In this document: piece by piece, positions 18,601-28,282 of the stretch
How the letters are laid out: the number at the start of each line of letters is the position of its first letter
How positions within the stretch are numbered: the first letter of the stretch is position 1
Source of the DNA: a virus
Lineage: Duplodnaviria > Caudoviricetes
DNA: 64,000 bases
IMG/VR virus record: IMGVR_UViG_3300044295_000092
Span: 2,019-66,018 of that record
Reading direction: 5' to 3' (one strand)
Notes under the pieces: generated by a model
What the model saw: the letters and a program-made list of their open reading frames with translations, nothing else
Told to the model about the DNA's origin: nothing
Database searches by the model: none
Made by a program: the position numbers and the translations under genes

Positions 18601-21600
18601 GGTTTTGCTGGATCTTGGACTCCTGCTACTTCAACATTTTATGGTGATCTTACATTATCCACAGGCATGACACACGGTGGCGGTACTAACGTATGGACCT
18701 TTGCTGCTACGTCAGGCGTACAATTAATTAATTCAGCAGGTAAAACACTTAACTCAATCACACAAAGTGGTGCGGGTGGAACAGTAAGATTAGTTGCTGG
18801 AACTACAACGCTTGGTACCACTGCAACTTATACTCATACAAATGGTACATTAGATTTAGGTACAAATACATCTACACTATCTACCGGCTTATTTGCATCC
18901 AATAACTCTAATATCCGAGCAATAACATTTGGTACAGGTAACATTACTGTAACAGGTTCTGGTACTTCATTTACTACTGCCACAGCAACTAATTTAACCT
19001 ATACTGGTACACCAACAGTTAATATATCTAATAATACCGCTACAGCTACTACACTTACGGCTCATACTACAGGCGGCACAGAAACCAATGCTTTTAATTT
19101 TTATATTAATGCTGGTACTTATGCATTAACTTTATCTAATGGTAATGTATATAAAACTTTAGATTTTACTGGTTCTTCTATATCGTTTTCTCAAGGTACT
19201 TTTAACTATACAGTATATGGCAATTTAACTTATGCTGCTGGAGTTACATGGACTGTAACAGGCATTGGCACATGGACTTTTGCTGCAACTTCAGGCACAC
19301 AACAACTAACATCTGCGGGTAAAACATTAGGTAACTTAACTATAAATGGTGTTGGCGGAACAGTACAACTGCAAGATGCGTTAACATTAGATACAGTAAA
19401 TGGATCACTAACAATATCAAATGGTACATTAAATGCTAATAATCAAAATTTAAATATAGAGAATTTTACATCAACAGGAAGCCCAACAGTAACTATGGGC
19501 TCTGGAACGTGGACAATAACTGGAACTGGAGCACCTTGGAGCGTAAGTTCAACTACTACTTTAAATGCTAATACATCTACTATAGCTATTTCAGATACTA
19601 CTGGCGCAGCTATATCATTTACTGGTGGTACTAAAACTTATAATAACTTAACACTCTCTGGAACTACAGGTTCAACAGCGCTTACTATTTCAGGCGGAAC
19701 TACATTTAATACTATATCAAGTTCTAAAACTGTTCCTTATACAATATCACTTGGTGTAGCCGCTCCTATTACAGTTTCTACTTGGTCTGCACAAGGTAGT
19801 TCAGGTAATTTATTAACATTAAATTCAAACACTGCAGGAACTCAAGCTTCACTAGCTGTTACAAATACTGTATCAATTGGATATACAGCCGTAATAGATA
19901 ATAATCTTACAACCGCTAATGGTACTGTAACAAATGGTTATTTATATAATACAACTGGTTGGACATTTGGTACTGGAACACAGACTTTTGCAGCGTTGAC
20001 ATCAGGAACTTATTGGACAGTACCTAGCCAATTTAATTTTACAACTAATACTATACACATAATTGGCGGTGGCGGTGGCGGGTCAGGACCTACTATAGCT
20101 TCTACTACTGCAAATAGAATTGGTGGTGCTGGTGGCGGTGGAGGAGGGTATGCAAAACTAATAAATCAAGCATACTATTTAGGACAAACTTACTATTATA
20201 GTATTGGTGCAGGTGGTGCAGGCGCAGCGGGTGCTTCTGCGGGAGGTACTTCTACAGGTGGTACGGGTGGTACAACTTCATGGGGTGCCCTACAAAATTC
20301 AATTACTTTTGTAGCAAGTTCTAAAACACAAAATTCTGCAACGGGAAGTGCTATTTCTATTAGTGTGCCTACTGGAACCGCAGTAGGTGATTTGATGGTT
20401 GTATTTTTAACAGCATCTGGTGGTACAGCTACTTGGACTACAACAGGTTGGACACAAGCTATTACTTTTAATGGTCGTGTAGTTGCTTATAGAATATCAA
20501 CTGGAAGTGATCCAACATCTTTTACAGCATCTACAGGTACAGGTACGCTTCAAGGATATATAACTACATATAGAAATGCAACCTATGCAGCTGTGTCATC
20601 AGCTGGAACAGCCGCTACACCAACAGTTGCCCCATCTGTAACTTGTGCTGTACCTAATAGTGTAGTTCTTGCATTTTATTCAACCGTTGGTTCATCTGGC
20701 ATTACATTTACAACACCAACTGGATATTCAAATGTAGACAGTGATAGTGATGCAACGGCACCATCAAGTGCAATTTTTTCTAAATCTGGTGTTGCAGCAG
20801 GAGCTTCTGGTACAGCTACATCTACTCCATCTGGTGGCGTTACAGCAACAGCAATCCAAATCGCTCTATCTCCAACAGCAGGATCTTACTCAGCTACAGC
20901 ATCAGGCGGTGCTGGTGGTGTTTCTTCTGGTGGTACTACAAATACTGGCGGTACTGGTGGTACAGGAACTGGAGGAACTTTAAATTATACAGGTGGTACT
21001 GGAGGAGTATCTACTGCATCAACAACTACAGGTGCGTGTGGTGGCGGCGGTGGTGGAGGTTCAGCTGGTCCATTAGGTAATGGAGGTAGTGGTGGAACAG
21101 GAAGTACAGGTGCATCTGCAGCGGCTACAGCTGGCGGTGGCGGTGGAGGTAATGGTGGAGGTTCAGCTGGCGGTAACGCAGTAACTTCTACTTCTGGTGC
21201 AGGTGGTAATAATAATGCTGGAGTAGGCGGCGGAACAGCCGTAGGCCCAACAGCTAACGGAATTACAGGTACGAGTGGCGGTGGTGGATCAGGTGCTGCA
21301 AATACAAATACAGCAGGTTCAGGTAGTACAGGCGTAGATATTGTATCATCTTATGGCTCTGGTGGAGGATCAGGAGCTACATCAGGTGCTAACACTAACA
21401 CTATTGCTACTGCAGGGTTATATGGTGGTGCAGGGGGAGCTGCTGGATGTTCTACTACAACTACTGTTACTTATACAGGAGATGCTGGTGCACAAGGTCT
21501 TGTTGTTATTATATGGGCTCCTACAACAAGTAATAATTATACTGATAGTGTTACTGAACCTACTAATGTACAAGATATATTAGATATTATTTTTAATACT

Positions 21601-22389
21601 ACAGCAACTCGCGTAGAGCCTATTACAGTAAATGATACTAGAACTATCACTGCTCAATTACTTTTTGATATTACTGAAAATTCTAATTTAAATGATGTTA
21701 AAACTATTGGGTTTGTCTATACGTTAGATATAACGGAAGATGTATTATTAAATGATGTTATATCCGCTGGAATTAGATTCCCACTTACAATTACCGAAAG
21801 AGTAACTATAGATGATATAAGAGATATTTTAGCTAACTTTTTAAGAACTATATCTGAAGGGCAAACGGTTAGAGATCTTAATACTACAGTTTCTAATTAT
21901 TTAACATCATTGACTGAAAACGGGATAATCAGAGATACTCCAACTATAACTGCCCAATACAAACCAACTATAATAGAAAATATAAATCTAGCAAGTTTAG
22001 AAAATTCAATTACAGCATATAAAATAAGTATATCTGAGGCGTCTACTCTTAATGATTTAAGTATTGCTGGTACAGCACTTATAGCTAGTATTACTGAAAA
22101 TATTACTTTAAGAGAAACTTCTTCTGCAGCTATACAATCATTCTTTAATGTGGTTGAAAATCTTAATATAAATGATATTGATTTAATCAAAGCTAATTTT
22201 TCAGCTACAGTTTTTGAAAGTTTAGGAATACTAGACTTTGTATGTTATAACGGATGGTTTAAAATTGATGCTAATCAAACAGCGGCTTGGGCAGCTATAG
22301 TAGACTCTCAAACCCCTAATTGGACAGGTATTGACGATTCACAAACACAAAATTGGGGTGATATTGATACCTCACAACCATGTAGTTAA
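15673..22389 (+). CDS. Giant tail fibre/adhesin-like protein (2238 aa)
   Basis: T/G/S/N-rich beta-solenoid-like repeats (SSNSNTRAIxFGTGNITxTG), glycine-rich tracts, C-terminal ~19-aa repeats (I.E...L.D). Confidence 0.8.
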   Translation: MAARFWVGGAGTWDGSTTTNWSATSGGAGGASAPTSADDVTFDASSGTGIVTTAATAAANSVTYNSSTLTSLTLGAALNISASTSGAFTLTAGTINLATFTLTVKSFSSSNSNTRAIQFGTGNITTTGSGTAWSTLTATNLTYTGTPTVNISNNSATATTVNAHSTGGTEANAFNFNFTVGSYGLTVNTGSVFKSLAFTGGTITWSSINPYTFYGNLTLLAGMTFSSGNTFTFAATSGTQTITSAGKSLFAITQNGVGGTVSLADALTLNNSGAYTLTNGTFNTNNQSVTLGIFSSSNSNTRALNLGSSTITLLNNATPWNINTSTGMTLTRGTSTITMTGAGGTFNGGGLTYYNLTYGPNGTQYTITGSNTFNNLTLNYYNAGSNVAVYGFTSGTTTTVQGTLSSNGLAVNQRIAIRCTSDINLLTATISAATVSLSNTDFGFITAAGSIPWTGTSLGNSGGNTNITFAPKTVYWSLLAGGNFSSNAWATSSGGVPSTANMPIPGDTAIIDNTGLTTGNTITLDTTYAVVVNTLPSINITRTNASTFNFANTTNLAFALAGLSISSATTCTNTGGGSLTFYGTAAIPATLSGTVPNILTFENYITLTGNSNATGGVSQFGNNNGGTFNLNNFTFTCATFASTNSFTRTIAFGTGNITITGTGATVFNTATATGLSYTGTPTVNITGSSVTVTSGTTGGASTNAFNFNISSITAITISNNSVLGALNFTGATGTFAPGTNTYTFYGSVTLVSGMTYTTGSGQWTFAGNTGTQVITSGGKTLGPITINNTGTSVQFGDNITANSTITFTTGTLDINSKTNTGFTTATFATGPTTIQNGTLNTTSITHTSGTLNLSATGPGNIASTGTYTFTAGALNLLGNQTVSVSTLSSANANTKSIAFGTGNITTTGTGTAVTFTGTAFTYTGTPTINVSYSGASSLTVTTSTFTESNAINFNLTAGSYVLTVTSASVFKSLNLTGFAGSWTPATSTFYGDLTLSTGMTHGGGTNVWTFAATSGVQLINSAGKTLNSITQSGAGGTVRLVAGTTTLGTTATYTHTNGTLDLGTNTSTLSTGLFASNNSNIRAITFGTGNITVTGSGTSFTTATATNLTYTGTPTVNISNNTATATTLTAHTTGGTETNAFNFYINAGTYALTLSNGNVYKTLDFTGSSISFSQGTFNYTVYGNLTYAAGVTWTVTGIGTWTFAATSGTQQLTSAGKTLGNLTINGVGGTVQLQDALTLDTVNGSLTISNGTLNANNQNLNIENFTSTGSPTVTMGSGTWTITGTGAPWSVSSTTTLNANTSTIAISDTTGAAISFTGGTKTYNNLTLSGTTGSTALTISGGTTFNTISSSKTVPYTISLGVAAPITVSTWSAQGSSGNLLTLNSNTAGTQASLAVTNTVSIGYTAVIDNNLTTANGTVTNGYLYNTTGWTFGTGTQTFAALTSGTYWTVPSQFNFTTNTIHIIGGGGGGSGPTIASTTANRIGGAGGGGGGYAKLINQAYYLGQTYYYSIGAGGAGAAGASAGGTSTGGTGGTTSWGALQNSITFVASSKTQNSATGSAISISVPTGTAVGDLMVVFLTASGGTATWTTTGWTQAITFNGRVVAYRISTGSDPTSFTASTGTGTLQGYITTYRNATYAAVSSAGTAATPTVAPSVTCAVPNSVVLAFYSTVGSSGITFTTPTGYSNVDSDSDATAPSSAIFSKSGVAAGASGTATSTPSGGVTATAIQIALSPTAGSYSATASGGAGGVSSGGTTNTGGTGGTGTGGTLNYTGGTGGVSTASTTTGACGGGGGGGSAGPLGNGGSGGTGSTGASAAATAGGGGGGNGGGSAGGNAVTSTSGAGGNNNAGVGGGTAVGPTANGITGTSGGGGSGAANTNTAGSGSTGVDIVSSYGSGGGSGATSGANTNTIATAGLYGGAGGAAGCSTTTTVTYTGDAGAQGLVVIIWAPTTSNNYTDSVTEPTNVQDILDIIFNTTATRVEPITVNDTRTITAQLLFDITENSNLNDVKTIGFVYTLDITEDVLLNDVISAGIRFPLTITERVTIDDIRDILANFLRTISEGQTVRDLNTTVSNYLTSLTENGIIRDTPTITAQYKPTIIENINLASLENSITAYKISISEASTLNDLSIAGTALIASITENITLRETSSAAIQSFFNVVENLNINDIDLIKANFSATVFESLGILDFVCYNGWFKIDANQTAAWAAIVDSQTPNWTGIDDSQTQNWGDIDTSQPCS

Positions 22390-22423
22390 TGTATAATACA
22401 GATAATTTCATAAAGGATTTACT

Positions 22424-23422
22424 ATGGCAAGTACCTATTCATCACTAAAAATAGAGCTAATCGGGACAGGCGATCAGTCTGGTACCTGGGGCACAACTAC
22501 AAATACTAATTTAGGAACCGCAATTGAAGAGGCCATTACGGGGACGGCTGATGTTGCTTTTTCAAGTGCAGACGTTACTTTAACCCTAACAGATACTAAT
22601 AGTGCTCAAACAGCTCGTAACTTACGTCTTAACTTAACCGGCACATCAGGCGGTGCTAGGAATCTTATTGTTCCGGCAATTGAAAAACAATACATTATTA
22701 ATAATGGCTTAGCAGACGCAGTTACTGTTAAAAATGCTACAGGTACAGGCGTATCAGTCCCAGCTGGTAAATCAATGCTTGTATTTAATACAGGTACAAA
22801 CGTTGTTGAAGTAGTAACGGCTTTAGCAACAGGCACAGTAATTCCAGTAGCAAACGGAGGTACAGGCGCTTCTAGTGCTTCAGTAACATCATTTAATAAT
22901 ATAACAGGATATACTGCCTCTGGTGCTACAGGTACTACAAGTTCTAATTTAGTGTTTTCAGCGTCTCCTACACTTACAGGATCTCCTTTAGCTCCTACAC
23001 AAACTGCTGGTGATAACTCTACCAAAATAGCAACAACGCAATATGTAGCAACCGCAGTTACGAACGCTACAGGTTCATTAGGAACTATGTCGACTCAAAA
23101 TGCTAGTGCTGTAGCTATTACAGGGGGTACTATAAATAGTACAACAGTTTCAGGAAATAATATTTATGGTACAGCAATAACTGCAGGTAGTTTTGTAATA
23201 GGATATGTATATACTATTGCTTCTGTAGGTACAACTTCATTTACATCAATTGGCGCATCTGCTAATACTGTAGGAATAACATTTGTTGCAACAGGAGCTG
23301 GGTCTGGTACAGGTACTGCATATAATTATTATGTGGGTAGCAATTCAACAGGAGCTAAAACAGTTTCAACATCTACTCCTTCAGGTGGTAATGATGGAGA
23401 TATTTGGTATCAAGTTTCATAA
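22424..23422 (+). CDS. Tail fibre protein
   Basis: 'G.Q.GTWG.TTN.N' N-terminus, 'VANGGTGA' and 'LTG.P.APT..AGDNSTKIATT.YV' fibre motifs, C-terminal 'PSGG.DGDIWYQ'. Confidence 0.8.
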   Translation: MASTYSSLKIELIGTGDQSGTWGTTTNTNLGTAIEEAITGTADVAFSSADVTLTLTDTNSAQTARNLRLNLTGTSGGARNLIVPAIEKQYIINNGLADAVTVKNATGTGVSVPAGKSMLVFNTGTNVVEVVTALATGTVIPVANGGTGASSASVTSFNNITGYTASGATGTTSSNLVFSASPTLTGSPLAPTQTAGDNSTKIATTQYVATAVTNATGSLGTMSTQNASAVAITGGTINSTTVSGNNIYGTAITAGSFVIGYVYTIASVGTTSFTSIGASANTVGITFVATGAGSGTGTAYNYYVGSNSTGAKTVSTSTPSGGNDGDIWYQVS

Positions 23423-24807
23423 TGCCCAAACTTTATGTAAAACAAAGCGGTACTTGGAAACAAGTACAACTTTTATGGATTAAAAAAAACGGTGTATGGA
23501 CATCTCCTACAGCTGCATTAATTACTTCTGGCGGCATAGGTAAACAATTTTATCCAGATTCTATTGGCCCCACATCATATTTAACCTCTGGTAGTTTCAG
23601 TTATACTGTTCCAGCTACTGTCACCTCGTTAAAAATTACTATGATTGCAGGGGGAGGAAGTGGGTCAGGAGGTAATGATTATGGTTCTGGAGGCGGAGGT
23701 TCAGGTGGCTATTATCAAGATTACATATATGCAGTAACTCCTGGACAAGTTATATCTGGATCTGTAGGAAGTGTTGGACAAAATACAACTTTTGGAACAT
23801 TAACTTGTACAGCAGGAGGAGATGGACAATTTTCTGGTACAGGTGGAACAGCAGGTAGTCCTAGTGGTACTGTTGGTGGTACTGCATATTATTCAGGACA
23901 AGCTTATGCAGGTAATGGAGCTAATTCTCCATTTGGTACAGGTGGTGCTGGTGGTATTGGTGGTGGACCACATGTTACAGGTAATGCTGGATCTCCAGGT
24001 ACAGGTTATGGATCAGGTGGAGGTGGTGGCGGTAATAATAAAGGTGGTGGATCTGGAGCACCTGGTTTTGTAACTGTAACCCCTGTAAGCCCTAATGTTA
24101 TTTCCTATAATACAGGCGGAACTAATACAACATTTACTGTCCCTGCTGGAGTTACATCTATCACTATCGCAGTTGCTGGAGGTGGTGGAGGTGGAGGTGG
24201 AGGTGATGGTGGAGCTGCTGGAGGTTATCCTAGTGGTGGTAGTGGAGGTTCATTAATTTCAGGAACAGTAGCAGTTACTCCAGGAGATATTTTTACTATT
24301 CAAGTTGGAGGATATGGTGGTCTCGGTCTTGGTGGCGTTAGAGGTTATGGTGGTGGTACAGCTGGTGTAGCATATAATACAGCATATAATGGTGGTAGAG
24401 GTGGTAATGCTGGTACTTCAGGAACTTCAGGTGCTGGAGGAGGAGGCGGAGCTGCAACAGTAGTATTAAAAAATGGATCAAATTATATTATAGCAGGTGG
24501 TGGATATGGAGCTGGGGGATCAGGACTTAGTAATTATGGATTAGGTCCTTATGGTTCATATAATACAACAACTACTGGACTTCAAGGCGATGATAAAGGC
24601 GGAGATGGTGGCGGCGGTGGAGGCGGTGGAGGTGGATATGCTCGCGGCGGTGGTGGAGGTCCAACAACAGGTGGAGATTCAGGTGCTTACTCAGGAACTT
24701 CAGGTGAGTCGTTAGTACCATCAGGATTTACTACATCAACAGCATCAAATGGTGGATATTGGATAAGTGGCAATGGCGGAAATGGGTACGTTACAATAAC
24801 TTATTAA
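23422..24807 (+). CDS. Glycine-rich tail fibre tip/receptor-binding protein
   Basis: Start likely the ATG at 23422 (TAATG overlap). 'YVK.SG.WK' N-terminus and two 'F/YTVPA.VTS...GGGG' glycine-rich domains. Confidence 0.75.
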   Translation: MPKLYVKQSGTWKQVQLLWIKKNGVWTSPTAALITSGGIGKQFYPDSIGPTSYLTSGSFSYTVPATVTSLKITMIAGGGSGSGGNDYGSGGGGSGGYYQDYIYAVTPGQVISGSVGSVGQNTTFGTLTCTAGGDGQFSGTGGTAGSPSGTVGGTAYYSGQAYAGNGANSPFGTGGAGGIGGGPHVTGNAGSPGTGYGSGGGGGGNNKGGGSGAPGFVTVTPVSPNVISYNTGGTNTTFTVPAGVTSITIAVAGGGGGGGGGDGGAAGGYPSGGSGGSLISGTVAVTPGDIFTIQVGGYGGLGLGGVRGYGGGTAGVAYNTAYNGGRGGNAGTSGTSGAGGGGGAATVVLKNGSNYIIAGGGYGAGGSGLSNYGLGPYGSYNTTTTGLQGDDKGGDGGGGGGGGGGYARGGGGGPTTGGDSGAYSGTSGESLVPSGFTTSTASNGGYWISGNGGNGYVTITY

Positions 24808-24816
24808 GGATTAGTT

Positions 24817-25218
24817 ATGGATGGCATAGTAGGAACAATATTAAGTACAATTGGAAGCATTTTAGATAAAGTAATACCCGATACAAATAAAAGAAAAGAA
24901 GCTGAAGAAGCTTTTAGATTAGCATTAGAATCAAACGAATTTCAGTTAGCAATTGAACAAATTAAAGTCAATGCAATTGAAGCGGCAAGCAACGATAAAT
25001 TTACTAGTAGATGGAGACCTTTTATAGGGTGGACTTGTGGAACAGCATTCGCATTACATTTTGTTATTTTTCCTATTCTTAATTGGTTTGTGGTTCTATT
25101 CGGAGCTCCAGCTATTAACATCGTATTTGATATGCAATCTCTTATGTATGCTCTCGGCGGTCTTTTAGGATTAGGTGGATTTAGAACCTATGAAAAAATT
25201 AAGGGTGTAACTAAGTGA
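24817..25218 (+). CDS. Holin (GTA 3TM-like)
   Basis: 'WRPFIGWTCG' and 'LLGLGGFRTYEK.KG' motifs with TM segments, upstream of the lysin. Confidence 0.85.
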   Translation: MDGIVGTILSTIGSILDKVIPDTNKRKEAEEAFRLALESNEFQLAIEQIKVNAIEAASNDKFTSRWRPFIGWTCGTAFALHFVIFPILNWFVVLFGAPAINIVFDMQSLMYALGGLLGLGGFRTYEKIKGVTK

Positions 25219-25604
25219 TTATAGAAGTCAAACGATTTGAGTTTGGTGATAACTATACAATAGGGCAAATGACTATTGATGGAATCTTTTTTTGTTATAC
25301 ACTAGAAGACAAAGTTCGTACTGAAAAAATAAAAGGAAAGACTGCAATTCCTGAAGGTACTTATTCGGTTATTGTCGATAAGTCTATTAGGTTTGGTAAA
25401 GACATGCCACATATTATGAATGTACCTGGGTTTGATGGTGTTAGAATTCATTCAGGTAATACTGATGCAGATACAGAAGGATGCATTTTAGTAGGTATGG
25501 ATTGGGTAAAAGGCAATTTTATAGCTCGTTCCAAAGAAGCATTTAATAAGTTTTTTCCTAAATTACAACAAGCTAAACAAGCAAAAATAACAATATGCCA
25601 TTAA
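25215..25604 (+). CDS. DUF5675-type putative L,D-peptidase endolysin
   Basis: 'CYTLED','TAIPEGTY','IHSGNT..DTEGCILVG' with His/Cys catalytic pattern; GTGA overlap with the holin. Confidence 0.75.
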   Translation: MIIEVKRFEFGDNYTIGQMTIDGIFFCYTLEDKVRTEKIKGKTAIPEGTYSVIVDKSIRFGKDMPHIMNVPGFDGVRIHSGNTDADTEGCILVGMDWVKGNFIARSKEAFNKFFPKLQQAKQAKITICH

Positions 25605-27580
25605 GTAAATTAGTATTTAAACCTGGTATTAATCGAGATCAGACTGACTATGCTTCTGAAGGTGGTTGGTATGAGATGGATAAGGTTCGTTTTCGTTCAG
25701 GATTCCCTGAAAAATTTGGTGGTTGGACTGTATCCAATATTAATCAATATAAAGGTTCCGCACGTTGTATTTTTTCTTGGTCTACTACTAATGGTTCTAA
25801 TCTATTAGGTATAGGCACTAATTCTAAAGTGTATGTTGGATCAGGTACTACGTTATATGATATTACCCCAATTCAAAATACATATACTCATTCTACAACA
25901 CCAACAACTGATAATTGTATAAATACAACTAACGGATCCAAAACTGTTACTGTAAAAATTACAGGTCATGGAGCTACAACAAATACCTGGGTATTATTTA
26001 GCGGCATTGTAGGTACAGGGTCTCCTCAAAAAATAGGCGGCATACCTATTACAGAAATGAATACCGAAGTTCAAGTAACAGTTATTGATTCTAATACTTT
26101 TACATTTGAAGCTACAACAGCCGCTACTTCTACAACTACTAATCAAGGTGGTACAGCAATCACAGCCGTTATTTATATGGATGCTGGATACCCCATTACT
26201 ACTGCTGGTTATGGTTGGGGTACATCTACATGGGGTCGAGGTACTTGGGGTTCAGGATCAACAACACCTGTATATGAACCTGCTAGATTATTATTTATGG
26301 ATAAGTTTAATAATGATTTAGTATTTAATACTGCATATGATACAGTAAGTGGTTCAGGAGGTTTTATTTATTATTGGGCTTTTGATTCTTCATTTACTAC
26401 AGATGCTGTTTTACTAAGTTCTATATCGGGTGCTGTAGCAGTGCCACAAAAAGTACAAAAAATACTATTTACACCTCAAGGTTTTCTATTAGCATTAGGT
26501 TGTACAAACTATGATCCTACAGCCGCTGCTCCTGATTATTTAGGAAGTTATGATCCATTACTTATTCGTTGGAGTAATGTTGATCCTGATCTAGGCCCAG
26601 AACCAGAGAATTGGCAGCCCACTTTAACTAATACTTCAGGATATATAAGACTACAATCAGGTTCTAAAATTATTACTGCAATTAATACACGACAAGAAAC
26701 ACTTGTATTTACTAATACATCATTAACATCTATTCAATATTTAGGTTCTAATGAAGTATTTGGTGCACAAGAAATGTCACATAATATATCTATCATAGGT
26801 CCCAATGCTGTGGTAGGTTCAAACAATATTAATTACTGGATGGGACGAGATAGGTTCTATACTTATTCAGGCCGTGTTGATACTTTACCTTGTACATTAA
26901 GACAATATATATTTACAGACCTTAATTATACTCAAAGTGCTCTAATTTTCTCAGGCGTTAATAATAAGTTTACTGAAATTATATGGTTCTACCCATCAGC
27001 TAATTCAACTGAAATTGATCGTTATGTAGTGTTTAATTACCTTGAAAATATTTGGTATTATGGCCAACTAGAAAGAACTGCATGGATTGACTCAGGCGTA
27101 TTTAATAATCCTGTAGCACTAGACAATGGTTGGGTATATCAACATGAAAGTGGTACTGATGATGGTCAACCTTTAGGTGCGGCTCCACTACCTATTACTT
27201 CATATATTAAATCTGCTGATATTGATGTTGATGATGGTGATAAATATATGTTAATTCGTCGTGTTATACCTGATGTTAACTTTGTAGGTTCAGAAACATC
27301 TAATCCAGTAACAGGTGCTGCAATCACCCCACAAGCAACTATTACAGTTGGAGTTAGAAACTTCCCAGGTGCTGCAACATCTACTACAAATGAAGAAGGT
27401 CAAACTACCGATGCAGATATTATTACAGCTACTGCCACAGTAAATCAATATACTAATCAAGTATTTATTAGAGCTCGTGGTCGTCAAATGTCATTTCAAA
27501 TAGGTTCAGATACAGTAGGTACTCAATGGCAATTAGGTTTACCAAGAGTAGATGCCCGTCCTGATGGAAAGAGAAACTAA
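25595..27580 (+). CDS. Putative tail nozzle/tubular protein B-like
   Basis: 661 aa, beta-propeller-like ('IRWS','YWMG..FY.Y.G.V..LPC','EIIWFYPS'), located before the ejection genes. Confidence 0.65.
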   Translation: MPLSKLVFKPGINRDQTDYASEGGWYEMDKVRFRSGFPEKFGGWTVSNINQYKGSARCIFSWSTTNGSNLLGIGTNSKVYVGSGTTLYDITPIQNTYTHSTTPTTDNCINTTNGSKTVTVKITGHGATTNTWVLFSGIVGTGSPQKIGGIPITEMNTEVQVTVIDSNTFTFEATTAATSTTTNQGGTAITAVIYMDAGYPITTAGYGWGTSTWGRGTWGSGSTTPVYEPARLLFMDKFNNDLVFNTAYDTVSGSGGFIYYWAFDSSFTTDAVLLSSISGAVAVPQKVQKILFTPQGFLLALGCTNYDPTAAAPDYLGSYDPLLIRWSNVDPDLGPEPENWQPTLTNTSGYIRLQSGSKIITAINTRQETLVFTNTSLTSIQYLGSNEVFGAQEMSHNISIIGPNAVVGSNNINYWMGRDRFYTYSGRVDTLPCTLRQYIFTDLNYTQSALIFSGVNNKFTEIIWFYPSANSTEIDRYVVFNYLENIWYYGQLERTAWIDSGVFNNPVALDNGWVYQHESGTDDGQPLGAAPLPITSYIKSADIDVDDGDKYMLIRRVIPDVNFVGSETSNPVTGAAITPQATITVGVRNFPGAATSTTNEEGQTTDADIITATATVNQYTNQVFIRARGRQMSFQIGSDTVGTQWQLGLPRVDARPDGKRN

Positions 27581-28242
27581 TGGCTAATGTTAATATTGCA
27601 AATGTAAAAGCCCCCAAAGCACCAAACTTACCTATTCCTACTGTAAGTTATAGTCAAACTTATTTTGAAGTTTTAACTAATGTATTACGTTTATATTTTA
27701 ACCAACTTGATTTATTTGGAGCAACGTTAACAACACCTGATATTGGGTATTATTTAAATCAACCATATGGTGGTTTTTCTGATTCAACTACTCAAACTCC
27801 ATCAGCTATTAATACCCCTATTGCATTAACTTTAAATACTAGTGATATTGTTGATGGCCCACAATTTACGGGGGGTACTCCTGATATTTATATAGACCCT
27901 ACATATAGTTCAAGAATAGTTATTCTATATCCTGGGGTTTACAATGTTCAGTTTTCATTACAATTACATAGTACAAACGCTGCAGCAAAAAATATTTATA
28001 TATGGTTAAATCAAAACGGAACACCTGTTCCAAATACAGCATCTAGATTTCAAATATCCGGAAGTAATAATGAACAGATAGTTGCTTGGAACTTTTTAAC
28101 AGAAACTTTTACTTCAGGTGAGTATATTGAATTAATGTGGCAAGTAGATAATGTTAACATTCAAGCATATGCAGTGCCTGCAACGGCAACAATACCTGCA
28201 ATTCCATCATTAATTTTAACAGTAACACATGCATCTGCTTAA
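27580..28242 (+). CDS. Short fibre/spike with C1q/BclA-like C-terminal jelly roll
   Basis: N-terminal helix 'LRLYFNQLD', then 'GVYNVQFSLQL...IWL..NG...GEYIEL.W'. Confidence 0.55.
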   Translation: MANVNIANVKAPKAPNLPIPTVSYSQTYFEVLTNVLRLYFNQLDLFGATLTTPDIGYYLNQPYGGFSDSTTQTPSAINTPIALTLNTSDIVDGPQFTGGTPDIYIDPTYSSRIVILYPGVYNVQFSLQLHSTNAAAKNIYIWLNQNGTPVPNTASRFQISGSNNEQIVAWNFLTETFTSGEYIELMWQVDNVNIQAYAVPATATIPAIPSLILTVTHASA

Positions 28243-28282
28243 CTTTTATGGTAATATTTAACATATCTAACAAGGATTTTTT

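Noticed and set aside
14932-23256. Tail-gene repeat pair as a DGR template/variable repeat
   Set aside because: No reverse transcriptase in the window, differences are not adenine-specific, and both copies are in-frame coding
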